NCBI GenBank assembly: GCA_037834085.1 | Contig: JBBMKC010215029.1 | Span: 1-34,683 of the forward strand | From: Bipalium vagum | Taxonomy: Eukaryota | Reading direction: 5' to 3' | Length of the DNA: 34,683 bases | In this document: positions 1 to 12,800 of the stretch, piece by piece | How positions within the stretch are numbered: position 1 is the stretch's first letter | How the letters are laid out: every line of letters starts with the position of its first letter | The notes under the pieces: generated by a model | What the model saw: only the letters and a program-made list of their open reading frames with translations | What the model was told of the DNA's origin: nothing | Databases searched by the model: none | Translations under genes and position numbers: made by a program

Positions 1-323
1 TATGATGCAGAGAATATATTTCAACAAGACGGAGCTCCATGCCACAAATCAAAATTGGTGTTTTCTTTTTTGGACATTAAAAAAATCTGCGTACTCAGTG
101 ATTGGCCGGCTCAATCGCCAGATTTGAATATTATTGAGCTGTTGTGAGCTGACCTAAAAGCCAGAGTTCGTAGCTGTAGGCCGACAAATATTGAGGCACT
201 ATGGAAGAATTTGGAGGATCAATGGGCAATGATTCCAACATCTAAAATTAAAAATCTATATGAAAGAATGCCAAGAAGGATGCAAGAGGTCATGAAAATA
301 AAGGCATGAGTACAAGGTACTGA
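1..323 (+). mobile_element. Tc1-like transposase C-terminal relic, D-35-E spacing (runs off the window edge)
   Basis: IFQQDGAPCHKSKLVFSFLDIKKICVLSDWPAQSPDLNIIELL*ADLKARV...LYERMPRRM; internal stop. Confidence 0.9.
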
Positions 324-419
324 ATTCGAGTATCCCGATTGTTCATGAGGTTGACTTTTTATTATTATGTGTTTGATCATTTGAAATATAAATAAAATAT
401 ATTTTATTGACGTTTTAGT

Positions 420-989
420 CTTTATTCAAAATGACTTATAAATTGATGACTTATAAATCTTCTCTTCTGACAATAAAATAATAATAATGGCTCTTGTTCC
501 TTCTTCTGACAATAATAATAACAACAGCTCTCGATCTCACTTCTGTGGCAATCAACTGCGGATTCCAACTTCTTATATACCATTCTGATCAGATGAATAA
601 TCAATCGTAGATCAGCTTGATTAATGGGGAATGTCGATTCCCTTTTTAGACCGATAATTCTAAATCAGTCCCTCTCTGCGGACCCTGATCTAATCTTGGC
701 AATTTAGGTTCGCCATTGTCAAGATCAGATCCTTTTTGGAAATAATTAATTTCCCTTNNNNNNNNNNNNNNNNNNNNNNNNNNNNNNNNNNNNNNNNNNN
801 NNNNNNNNNNNNNNNNNNNNNNNNNNNNNNNNNNNNNNNNNNNNNNNNNNNNNNNNNNNNNNNNNNNNNNNNNNNNNNNNNNNNNNNGTCTTAATAATTA
901 TTTGATAATAATCAATCTAAACCCTATTGCGGTCTCTACCATATACTTTTACAAGGATTGGCAGGGATGTGTCCTTGGGTAACCCAACA
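420..989. repeat. LTR-like or TIR-bounded interspersed repeat, copy A (contains gap)
   Basis: Ends GTGTCCTTGGGTAACCCAACA (969-989). Shares colinear blocks with 16128-16714: CTTCTGACAATAAAATAATA, TGTCAAGATCA, CCCTATTGYGGTCT. Confidence 0.6.
758..887. other. Assembly gap (130 N)
   Basis: Run of n. Confidence 1.
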
Positions 990-1649
990 ATTCTTTGCAA
1001 TTTGTAAGGATTTGCTTTTTCTAACAAATAAACTTTAGGTAATAAAGAAACATTTTCCACGTTTTACCTTTTCATTACATAATTTTTCAATACCTTCAAA
1101 GCTTAAGGAATATTAGCATTTTCCACCAAATGAAGCATAGAATTTAATTGATCTTTGGTTATGAATGACATTGATGAAGAATCTTCATTAATTTGCCTTA
1201 AATAATTTTTAATAATTTTAGACGATAACTTTGATAATACTTCTGTTATTTTATATTTTAAACAGATAGGAAGGAAAATTAATTAAACTCCGGGTTTTAA
1301 CTCTACATAAAAATAAACTTATATTTGTAAACTACACAAAAACACAAATATATAAAAACAATAATAAAAATACACAAAAACATTTAAATGTTTTTAAATC
1401 ACTATATTTAATTGTTTTTTCGAGAATTTGAAACTGAATTTGGAACTGAATTTTTGATCGGGCCTGAGAGTTTCTACAATATTTTTACACAAAGTGTACT
1501 AATTTTTTACCCCTACTTTTTTCACTCATTTTTTTAGATTTTTCATCTTTAAATTGAAATAATTCACCTATTACAAAATTTCATAGTTTTTTTTCTATAT
1601 CCTTAAAAGATTCATTAATATCTAGTGTATATTCAATAAACAAAAAATT

Positions 1650-1920
1650 ACCTTTATAGGTAAGTTGGATTTTTTAAAGAGCCCTTGAGACAATCTTAAG
1701 TGAAATGTGATCATACTCTCTTTTATATTAATCAGTGCTTGGATTAGTTTTAAATAATACTTGTAAATAGTAAATTTAATAATATAATATTTATCTTCTT
1801 GTACTGTAGTCAAACGATATTTTCCGATGTATGACCTGTTTGAATTGGATCCAGTTTCACGGTATAATTTTGTTGTATTGTGGTTTTGGGAATATTCATT
1901 TTCTTTTAAATCTCCTAGAG
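1650..1920 (-). mobile_element. Tc1-like transposase N-terminal (HTH) relic
   Basis: Minus strand, frameshifted: KKMNIPKTTIQQ../RETGSNSNRSYIGKYRLTTVQEDKY, resembling the Tc1 ETGS...GRPR-TT..EDR segment. Confidence 0.55.
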
Positions 1921-1929
1921 AAAGCCCAT

Positions 1930-2625
1930 CAGAAAGCCCCCATTTGCAAGACTCACGCCAACTGTATGGAATTTAAAGAATCAATTTAGTCTCGTCCTTT
2001 GTTACAATATTCTTTAAAAAAATCTGTCAAAGAGAATGAAATAGGTATAGATTTTCTTGACATGCTTTCATTCACCTTTGTCGCATTTCCTCTGTCAAAA
2101 CTCTTGGCACAAATCTGCTGCCTAATTTTCTGACTCAAATACTCTCTAGCATGTTCTGCATAGTCTTATTGCTTAAATTGAGTTTAATTAAAGCTCTCTC
2201 TGGATAACTTCCCTATCTTCTTCAATTTTTATAATTTTTGTTCACCAATTTCTGTAGGTCGTCCACGTTTTTCTTCGTCAAACACATTGTTTCTGCCACA
2301 GGAAAACTCTGACCCAATTGTATACAGTCGCCTTTTACAGTACTTAATTTCCTTATGCTTCCTCCAGTTAAGAAATATTTTCTTCTTTTCCGTCTTCTTC
2401 AACAACAAAAACCATATGACGCTCCGGAATTCCACTTAATGATACATTTTTTTCAAAAAAGTCGTACCTAATGTCAATAAAAGTTTATCACTGTAAAAAA
2501 TATAATAATCCTTAACTATATATATATTATTAATTAATTAAAGGATAATTAATTAATTTTTAAAATTTCATGAAATTCTTAATTATATTTCTATACGAGT
2601 CTAAGGACTTTTTATCCACACCACG
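1930..2625 (-). mobile_element. Mariner relic, 5' half with TIR
   Basis: Minus strand DEEKRGRPTE...VRKLGSRFVPRVLTEEMRQR...FLKNIVTKDETK (first catalytic D). Terminal TA|CGTGGTGTGGATAAAAAGTCC at 2625. Confidence 0.75.
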
Positions 2626-3377
2626 TATATTAAGGTTTCAATCATATTAACAATCATTTTTTGTTAAAATTTATTTTTTATTTGAATTAATTAGCTTACC
2701 AATTAATCTTATTAATTATAATTGTGCAATTACTTAAATGTATCATTTGTTTTATATTAATTTTAACTTTCCATGTTTTTTTCCAATAGTTTTTTAATTA
2801 GAGACAGATTACTAGGTCTTAAATTACAAGAAACTAGATATTATAATATGAAATATCTAGCAAGAATATAAATCTTAATATATTATACAAAATGTTCTTT
2901 TATTATTAATCAAGCATAAATATATGATAAACAAATTTTTTATGAAAGGAACAACCTCGAAAAAGCACTTATTGTGTGTATAAAAAATATATTTATTGGC
3001 ATTTAAGATACAACCAATTATTAATAAATAAATAATGTTCCATCTAATTTTTACATGTTATAAATATTTTTTACATAATATTTTTCTCTTGCTATTTTAT
3101 ATTTATGAAATTCAAATAATTTTTTTATTAAAATAAGATAGTGCATAAGAATAATCAGATTTAAAAAGAGAAATATGTAAATTTAAATAATTTGGGCTTA
3201 TCCTATAAAAGAAAACATCGGCAGATGAATAAAAATATTCAAAAATCTGTGAAGACGAAAAAAAAGAATTTTCTTTATCTAAATGAGATTTGAAAGTCGT
3301 ACAAAAGTATACATAAAGTAATGTAAAAGCCATTGAAAATTGCTAATTACCATTCTTATTCAAAAATATTATCAAAC

Positions 3378-3402
3378 CGATTGGTCAGATATCAAACCAA
3401 TC
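3378..3402. promoter_or_regulatory. Pair of inverted CCAAT boxes about 100-125 nt upstream of the ATG
   Basis: GATTGGT (ATTGG at 3380) and ACCAATC (CCAAT at 3397); position is compatible with a proximal promoter, function unproven. Confidence 0.25.
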
Positions 3403-3503
3403 AAATATCTCCCATTGTTTGTATCGTATTTTATCATAAAAAGATAATCAATTTTTAGCTGGAAAATATATCATCAGATTTTCTGCAAACAAATTGCTAA
3501 TCC

Positions 3504-3819
3504 ATGAGTTGCAACCAAGAATTTTGTTTCCCAACTCATAACCGACATACGATTGTACTATTTATTATTAGTTGGATGTTACCAATTCTAGCTACGGTTT
3601 TCTATTCTATGGTTATTATACTTCCAAACTGGGAAAAGACGATTTTCAATGTATCTCTTTTTGTGTCTAATAAAACACAATTCATCGTTTTGGAATACTT
3701 GTTGGATGACACGAATCGAACAAATGGTATCAAAATAGCACATGTAAACAATTCCGAAAAAATTTTTTGTTTGATGAATATGCGTGGAGGACTCTGGGAA
3801 ATTTGTGATGTATTATCAG
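3504..3819 (+). CDS. Claudin-like gene exon 1 (TM1 and first extracellular loop with GLWEIC)
   Basis: ATG at 3504; MSCNQEF...IVLFIISWMLPILATVFYSMVIILPNWEK...RGGLWEICDVLS; donor CAG|GTAAAT at 3819/3820, phase 1. Confidence 0.92.
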
Positions 3820-6800
3820 GTAAATAATCTATAAAAAATATCTGGTTGTAGGAAAATAAAAGTACTTTAATATTGAAAAATACTTTTATGTAAGAAAATA
3901 TTAAGATGAGATTAATTGTACTTTGAGGCTTTACTTTTAATTTCCTTTCATGCATTAAATTGAACTTAAAATATTGCGCATATCCATTTTAAAATTAAAT
4001 AAAATAAGTTTTGTGTTTGACTTAATTTTAATTAATAATGGAGTTTTAAATTACGAGAAAAGATGATTTTATTTTGTGGCTCAATATATAGCTAGTGTTG
4101 TCATAAGTTCTGTTATCATAAGTAAATGTAAATCGATAAAAATAAGCAGTTGTAAAACAGACTAGCTTATTGATTGTTCAATAAATTAGGGCGTTTTTCT
4201 CATCAATCGATTATTATTTTCACTCGGTGAAGATGTAATATTTTTGATAAAAATCTACCAAATTCGCTTCTACCTGTTTTGTTTAAATAAATCAATGTAA
4301 TCATCAAGTGATTATTATTATTATTAAAGATTATTAAGAAATATTATTTTAATAAATTTAATAATGTTCAATCTAAACCTTATACTTTTATAAATTTAAA
4401 GCCATATTTTCTATAAGGTAGTTAATTGAAAAAAGGTTATTAAAATGAAAATTAGTTATAATTATCGTCAAATATATATTACTCATCAATTTTAAAAGAA
4501 AATCATATAGGAGTTCTAACAATATATGTCAAAAAGAAATTTGTATTTCCCCAAACACGGCTTTGGAAATTAGATATTTAAAAGCACAAGAATTTCGGTT
4601 ATTAAAATATCTTAGGATATGTTAACTCAACACGCAATAATAAAGAAGACCCAAAATTCATCGCAAACTACTAAACATTTTCTTTTGTGCTCGCTATGTC
4701 ATTATTGATTCTCTGACAGAAGAAGACTGACAAATCAGTGAAAAAGATATAATATTGGATTTAAATGAGTTAAAATTTAGAAAAAGAAAAATGAAAAAAA
4801 ACATAGAAAAGTCGACATTGAATTTAAGGTTGATTAGTAATATTGCAGGGTATTTTCTCCAATAGAACCCATTTACCAAGAAGTGTGAGTCTTTATACCC
4901 AGCAATATTTAAACAATTTTGATGCTAGGTTATAAACGAGAAATTCCAGTAAATCCTGATAGAATGCGGGTGTTCACTGAAGTGAGTTTTGTCCTGAAAA
5001 ATTCACTGACTCTACTGATATCATATATAATGGGATCTCTCGTCTATGCTTCACGTAATGAATTATATACTATCCATATCACAAAGAAGAAATTTAAGAA
5101 CCTTTATATCTCTACCATGAGTTATTACTTAAATTATATAGAATGAATTAATATTATATAATTCACTTTAAAAAAAAACTTGATTTTTTGTATTTTCATT
5201 TATTTTTTTCACGTTTGTTGTAGTGCAATAGTTGGAGAATGAATACGTCTTAAATCTAAACAGTTTGATAAAATCTGTGTATTATGTTGTCACATGAAAT
5301 GTCAGATTTCAGTAGTTAATTTTTGCAAATGCTACAATATTTTATAGTAAAGATTTAGAAATAAATTATAATGTATTTTGGAGTTAATATATTGGGTTGG
5401 CAATTAAGTCCGTTCGGTTTTTTAAATGAAATGAAATAATTGCTTATTGTGGAAAAAATTTATTAATTTGAAGCAAAATTATAATGCATAATTAATTTTG
5501 TATTTCATAAGATATATATATTAATCAATTATTGTTTAAGTAATATCATTATTTAACCAACAAAGCAAATTGTAATATGGGAGATAAAATGGTGCATTTT
5601 AAACACATTTCTTTATATTATATTAAAAAAGGCAAAAGAGCTGTGGATGTTCATAAAAAATTTGCCGTTTTTTGGGTATGTCAGAAATGGTTTGAAAAAT
5701 TCCGTTCTGGAAAGTTTAGCATGGACGCTGCAGTCGCTCCCCGGAGATTAAATCAGATGATATCAAAGCTAATCCAACCCAGACGGTTCGGGAAATAGCC
5801 ACGAAACTCAAAATATCACATACATCTGTTGGAAAACATTTACATATAATTGGCTACGTTTCTCAACTTACTGTATGGGTACCACATAAACTCACCGAGG
5901 GCAATTTGACAGCACGAATATCAATCTACGATTTGCTCCTAAAACGGCAAGAGAGACACCCATTTTTACGCAATTTGGTTACTGCTGATGAAAAATGGAT
6001 TTCTTACGACAATGTAGTGCGTAAGAGATTATAGGGACACAGTTCTGAGCCACCAAAAACAACATCAAAAGCAGTATTACATCCGAAAAAGATAATGATC
6101 TGAGTTTCGTGGGATTATAAAGGGGTCATCTTCTATGAGCTGTTATCATCTGGCACAATGGTTGATTCAAATATTTAATGCTCTCAATTAACTAAATTGA
6201 ACAAAGAAATTTCCAAAAAGCGTCCAGGGTTATCAAATCACAAGGGCGTTGTCTTCCAACACGACAATGCCAGATCTCACATCTCAATGATAACTTGGAA
6301 AGAATTAATGAGCCTTGGGTGGGATGTTTTACTACATCCACCATATTCCAGTAACTTGGCACCTACAGACCACCACTTATTTTGGTCGTAGAATTCTTGA
6401 AACAGGAAAACTTTCAATAATGAGGAGTCCACCAAAAGGCATCTTGGTTGGTTTTTTGAAAATAAACCTCAGGAATTCTACGAAAGAGGAATAATGAAAT
6501 TGATAGAAAGATGGAGGGAGGTTATTGATTAAGATGGACTACACATCATTGATTGATATTGTTTTTATCAATAAAAATTTTCTATCTTCTAAAAAATCGA
6601 AGGGAATTAATTGCCAACCCAATATTAAAAAATGGTATTTTTATATTTGTTTAGTAAAACGTTTTAGAAAATATCAAGAATGACGTAAAAATTGACAAAC
6701 AGCACAATTTACTTATATGTATATGTATAGAAATTACGACACAGCTTTAAAAGCTATTGAAAACATTAATTTAGCACTCAGAAAAGGTACAGGTTATGAA

Positions 6801-9800
6801 CATTCAGTTAGACGGTTATATGTGAAGAAGAGAATAAAACTCGATCAGACAAAAATCGTAATAGGCCCAGATGCATAACTGAAAATGACGATTTAATCAT
6901 AGGTATAGCAATAAATTCAACTCAGACCGATCGGTATCTTCCTGAAACATTCATTGTTAGTCTCAAGACAATTTTAACAAAATCAAAATTAAGGTGAATT
7001 ATATATTAATATCTTAGAAATAGAACTTGTTAAACGATGAATCAAATAAAAATTTTTATTGATTTCGCATATTTCATCATTTTCAATCGATGATTTTCCA
7101 GATTTCAAAAGATCACAAACATTCCACGTGTCTTTGATTTCTTCCTCGCTATAGGTATTTTTCAATTCCAAATGCTGTAAATGCCGTTTGAATAATGTCA
7201 TTTTAGCTATCAGTAAAACAACTTGCAATCATCCTTCAATGGAGAACATTATTAAATTTTGAGTTTAGTGTAATTACATTCGATACCATCAAATTATCAC
7301 AAAAATTAAAAACTTACATTATATTTCGGAAAATCTGTTTCTTAGAAAAATGCTAATTGAATATAATTATATATGATATAATATATGAATATAATTATAA
7401 CTATAATTATATATATATATCGGATACTTACATTTTATTACACATTCTATATGTATTATAAAATAGAAAAAATAGTAAAATAATCACTTCATTCTTTTTG
7501 TGTATAATGTTTTTTTTAATAATTTTTTTAAAATAATTATTAAGAATTTGAAATACCAGTGAATAAATTTTTATATTTCATCTAATGTAATGTAATTGTA
7601 AATTGAGAAGTGAATTTATTGTCTCTTTATGCATTGTAATTATTGTTAAGTGGTAATTTAGGATATGGGTGAGCCACATGGCTTTATTAAGAAGTTAGCT
7701 TCTTCCATATAGGTTAGGAAAATCTCAACAAATCATATTCAATAAACCGTTATTAAGAATATCCACATATATAGAAATATAAAATAACTGTCTTATGATT
7801 ATTTGTAATAATAAATTGGATAATTAACTTTGAAATTTCAAATTTGGAAATCAGTGTGTTTCAAATTACGAGATCACATTTTTTGAATAAACATTATTAT
7901 TATTATTATTATTATTTATTTTATGAAATTGCTGGATGTGTTTTAAATGATATAATAATAATAAAATAATAATAAATAATATAATTATAAAAATATAATT
8001 CTTTTCTAAAAATTGAATTAAAATTTTTGACATTTTTATTTCAGATAAATCAAGATCTAATTCTTTCTGCAATCAATATGACAAAATTAAGGACAGCAAA
8101 AGATGCTTCAACTATCTGTACAGATCCCGAGACTTTAGCTCTGAGACTTACGCATATGAAAGCAAAAACCTCTACTTTTTGAGTAATTTATTGAAGCTTT
8201 TTATTTATACCATAATTTAATCATTTACTAAAATCAGAAAACAATATTCTCAATAAATCAATGATTTCATAATGATAATAATTTTATCAATATTTAATAA
8301 TTGATCAGGATCAGATGAGGCAGTGTTTGAAATTTTGGGAGATTACTTTTTAAGATTTTATACAAGAAATAAAATAAATTTTTGTCTTAATAATGGTGAA
8401 AACTTTTCAATTAAATTAATATTTCTTATAATTAACCCAGAATAGTACAAAGAGAATAAAGTTTAAGAAAATAGCAGGTTAAGTGGTTTCTAAATCAATT
8501 TAATTATTTTTCAATATAAATTTTTCGATTTCGCGATGATATTCGCCATTGATATTTTATATGAAATTAAATCATTTTCGAGCAAACTCTTATAAAAAAA
8601 TTATAGTAATGTTTCATTTGAAACCCGTTTTATCAAATGACCATTCACTGATGGTTTTAGATATATCAGCTTAGACAGATAATAGAGATTCTGAGAAAAC
8701 ACTGGAAATGTGAAAATAGAAAAAATAGGCTAAAACATATTCTTCAAGATTTTTCAAGAGAATTGTGAATGTGCTACAGAATTTTTATTACCTTTGATTA
8801 TTTGAAGAGATAAAAAATAAGATTGTTATGAAAACCAAAAATTCTGTTGTATTTCATTGATTTTTGAAATAGAGAATCATTTTATGGAATGCATTATAAT
8901 TAAGAAAGAAAAATAGAAAAAATTGTTATTGGAAATCCAATACTAAAGAAATCTCGCAATACATCCCGAAGCCAAAATTAAAATAAAATAATTATTTTTT
9001 CTTTATATACAATAATATTGCAATTGATGTAATGGACACTGGTTTATTTTTATAATAGTATATTTATTTTTTAATATAATATTAATTTTATATTTTATGC
9101 AATATTTATTTAGACAATAATATAGTCATAAAGAAAGATCATAAATATTTTATTACCTTTTGGTATTATTTTTTTCTAAAACTTTACTGATGATAGTTAT
9201 TATTATATTATTATATACGTAATTCTTATTGATTTTATTACTTAAGTCAAAAATAATGATTTTAAAGCACTATAAGTTAGATTCCCAATTTTCACTGGAC
9301 CCTTTGAAAAATTATGCTATGAATCTAGACTCACAAAGAGTAATCAATTGATGCTTCTTGCGCTTCCGACATTTAACAATAAACTCTTTCAACGTTTTCT
9401 GGGAATTTCAGTAATTTTCTAAAATTTTGAGGTCTTCAGGGCTTTCTAATAATTTTTAAAATATTCTTCTGGCTTCTCCAAAACTTTGAATTTTTTTTTG
9501 ATTCTCAAACTCCCATTATTTTTCTACCAAACAAAAGAAAAGTAATTTGCCTTTCATAGATGTATAGATAGGACGACGACGACAGAAAATCTCTACTTCA
9601 CAGAAGAGACAAAAAATAATAAAAAATATATTTTCCAGATTCTAATAGAGGTCTGACGTTATCTCAACAGCAAGATAGCATTATTTTAGGAAATTAATTA
9701 TTTATTATTAAAATAGAATCTTCTTTATTACAGTACTATTAATAAAAGTACTTTTATAATAATAATAATAATAATTATTATTATTATTAAGTTGTAAAGA

Positions 9801-12800
9801 AATAAGTTCCAGTTTTAACATTTATCTTCAAATGAACAAATCACAGTTTAAACAAAATAGAAACCATTACAACAATGTACACATTTCTCTCAACAAGCCT
9901 ATTTATCCTGATTTGATAAAAATCTGGATTACTAGATGTTACAAATTCTTCAAAGGCTTTAATAACAGCATCATCATCGGGGAAGATTCTCTTGCTGAAG
10001 AACTTGTCCAAATGTTTGAAAAATAATAATCAGTAGATGAGAGGCCTGCTGAGCAGGCTTGAAGAGTGGAGAATTTCAATATTAAGTAGGTTCAATTTTT
10101 GTATGGTATATTTCGTGACATGTGGTCTGGCGTTATCTTGGGGAAGTTTTGGGCCTTTTCTATTAACCAAGGCAGAGTAGATGTACTTCAGTTTTTGATT
10201 CATTTCTTTGATTTTCTCACAATACTTTTGTCTGTAATTGTTTGACCACATCTCAAGAATTTATAATGGATCAAATCAGTGAAACACCACCAAACAATCA
10301 ACTAAGCCTCCTGTTGGTGCAACTTAGATTTCATGTCTAAGCACTGCTGAGAATGTTGGCTGTTGTCGTACAGGGCCCATTTCTCATCAAATGCCACAAT
10401 GCGATCAAGGAAAGGTTCCTTTTTGTTGCGCAAAAGAAGTGCTCTCGACATATCAAAACGACATAGTTTTTGCTTTTTTTATCAACTCGTGACTTTCCTA
10501 TTTCTCGCAAATGGTTGGAAACAGTCATGGCTGAAACATCTAGCGCACATCTAAACTCTGGAATAGTTGTACGCTGATCACTCTCAACCAGTGTCTTCAA
10601 ATCGTCATTGGTGTTAGAAGATTTTTGTCTTCGACCATCTTTATCTTGAATATCATCATCTCCATTTATAAATCTCTGAAATCAGCATTGAGCGATATGT
10701 TCACAAGTGGTATCATCTCCAAATATTCGGTTCAGATTTCGAGGGTTTTGTGCAGTATTACCACCAATATTGTATTCATAAAGGAACACTGGTTTAATCT
10801 GAATATCGTTTTTTTCTTTATTAAAATTTTTTGTTGACTTACCGTTTTAAAAGATTTTGCCTTAAGATATAAGGAAATATATGTTAATAAAAAAATGAAT
10901 TAAACAATTCATAATGCAAAAATGAAGTCATAAAAACAGAAATTAATTTCTTTACAATCTAATAATAATATATTATTCCTTCAGACCCCGAGCGGTCTCT
11001 TCGTTTTGTGCCTTTGGCAAACCAAGAAATATTAATTTCAAATGAAGAATATAAATGTTAGATTGAAAAAATAAATTTGTGTATTTAATAATAATAAAAA
11101 TCAATTTACATATCATGGAGTAATATTGATATATAATAATATTGAATAATAAGTTCATATTTTAACAAAAATTTTAACAATTCTAAAATTAAAAGTAATA
11201 ATATTTTTATGATTTTTGTTTACGAAAATATTATTGTCTAAAAAATATTTCATAAAATATAAAATTAATATTCTAATAAAAAAAAATAATAAAAAATCAT
11301 TAATCATAAATCAGTTCAATAATATTGAATTATCAGTTTAAGCAAAAAATTTAAGCAAAAATTAAAAAAATTTTCTTGGAATATTTTAGTGATCATTTAA
11401 AAATAATATGTACTATTACAGTTTAGAATATCTTATACGTTCATATTTTCGTCTTATTAAGAAATATTTCAAAATTTAATGAACATTTGGTTTGAGGTTT
11501 ATTCAAAAGTTGATTTTCAGAGTTATGTTAGGAAGCCAGTATACAAATCATCAACAAATAAAAATAAAACCCTTTAATTTGTTAAAGCCATAAACTTAAT
11601 TTGTATTTAATTATGAGCAGTCAAATCTCGTTCGATATGATTTTTAAATAAGAACATTTTTATTAACAGTGATCAAATAAGCAGAATTATAACAGAAATC
11701 CTGCTATTTGAAAATTGAGTAGTTTGACTAAAATCTCAAGCATAAAATCTATTTTTTCTTATTTTAATTTTGTAAAATGGATGTCCATTACATTATTGTG
11801 AAGTAAAATGCACTTTAAGATAAAGAAAGTTATTGACGATTTCAGCAAATTAAATTAAGAACCACAAAGAATTGCTCAAATCATTAAAATATACTTAAAT
11901 TCACGATTATAAACAAAAGCCGTCTCTTTTCCATCAATGGAAGAAATTGCCAAAATAAAACTGAGTAAAAATATAATTTTCGTTTATACATATTACAGAC
12001 TTTTACAGAAATTGATTTAACAAAACAACAGTGAGCATAGTTGAATAAACAGCCAAACTTTAGTAAATCTATCAATAGTCAGAAAATCTCATATTTGGGT
12101 ACAGAGAAGAACCTGCTTGTTGTTTCTTACTAGAATAGTGATTATTCTCAGTTTTACTACAAAATTGAAATCTAGAGAAATATAATTGGTTTGCGAGAAT
12201 TGATTGTGGAAAAGAATACAGCCACCAACAAAGTACAATCATTTATTCCTTTAATTTCATAAATCGATGTTGGTTTTGTTCTGTGAATTTTTAAAATATA
12301 AATATCAGCTCCACTTTCATGACTTTTGATTTTCAAAATATTGTTTATTAAATAATGATAAATAACAGACGACAACAATCACAAGTACGACCCTCTTGAC
12401 AAATAAAGTATTGAAAAGAAATTAATGTCGTGTCTGTAGACATTTTACTTAATTATGATTTTTCTATACTTAATAAATTCCTTGTTAAATAACCAATAAA
12501 GATATTTCAGATTTCACAAAAAAGTAAAATGAGGGTTACATTAAAATTTGTTTCCAACATTGTAAATATTAAGTGTCTTTATTGCTTTCTAATCATTTTA
12601 TATTGGTTCATCATATTTAGGAATTGTTTATGTAAATTAAATATTTCACGAGGTGCAAGTTTACTTAATTTTGCAATTATGTTCTTAGCCGTCTTAAAAT
12701 CTTTCTTTAAGTTAATAAATTAAAAGTAATTCGTCTTTTTAAATCTCAAATATTTGATAGATGACTGTAAACTTAAATGTCGTTATGAATTACTGTTTAA

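Noticed and set aside
3602-3955. 117-aa minus-strand ORF
   Set aside because: Antisense shadow of claudin-like exon 1.
6808-6822. GTTAGACGGT resembling a flatworm spliced-leader start
   Set aside because: Only about 10 nt match, inside a mariner relic; no donor or Sm site.
9300-9660. Semi-coding minus-strand stretch
   Set aside because: Multiple stops, no recognisable motif or splice-compatible frame.
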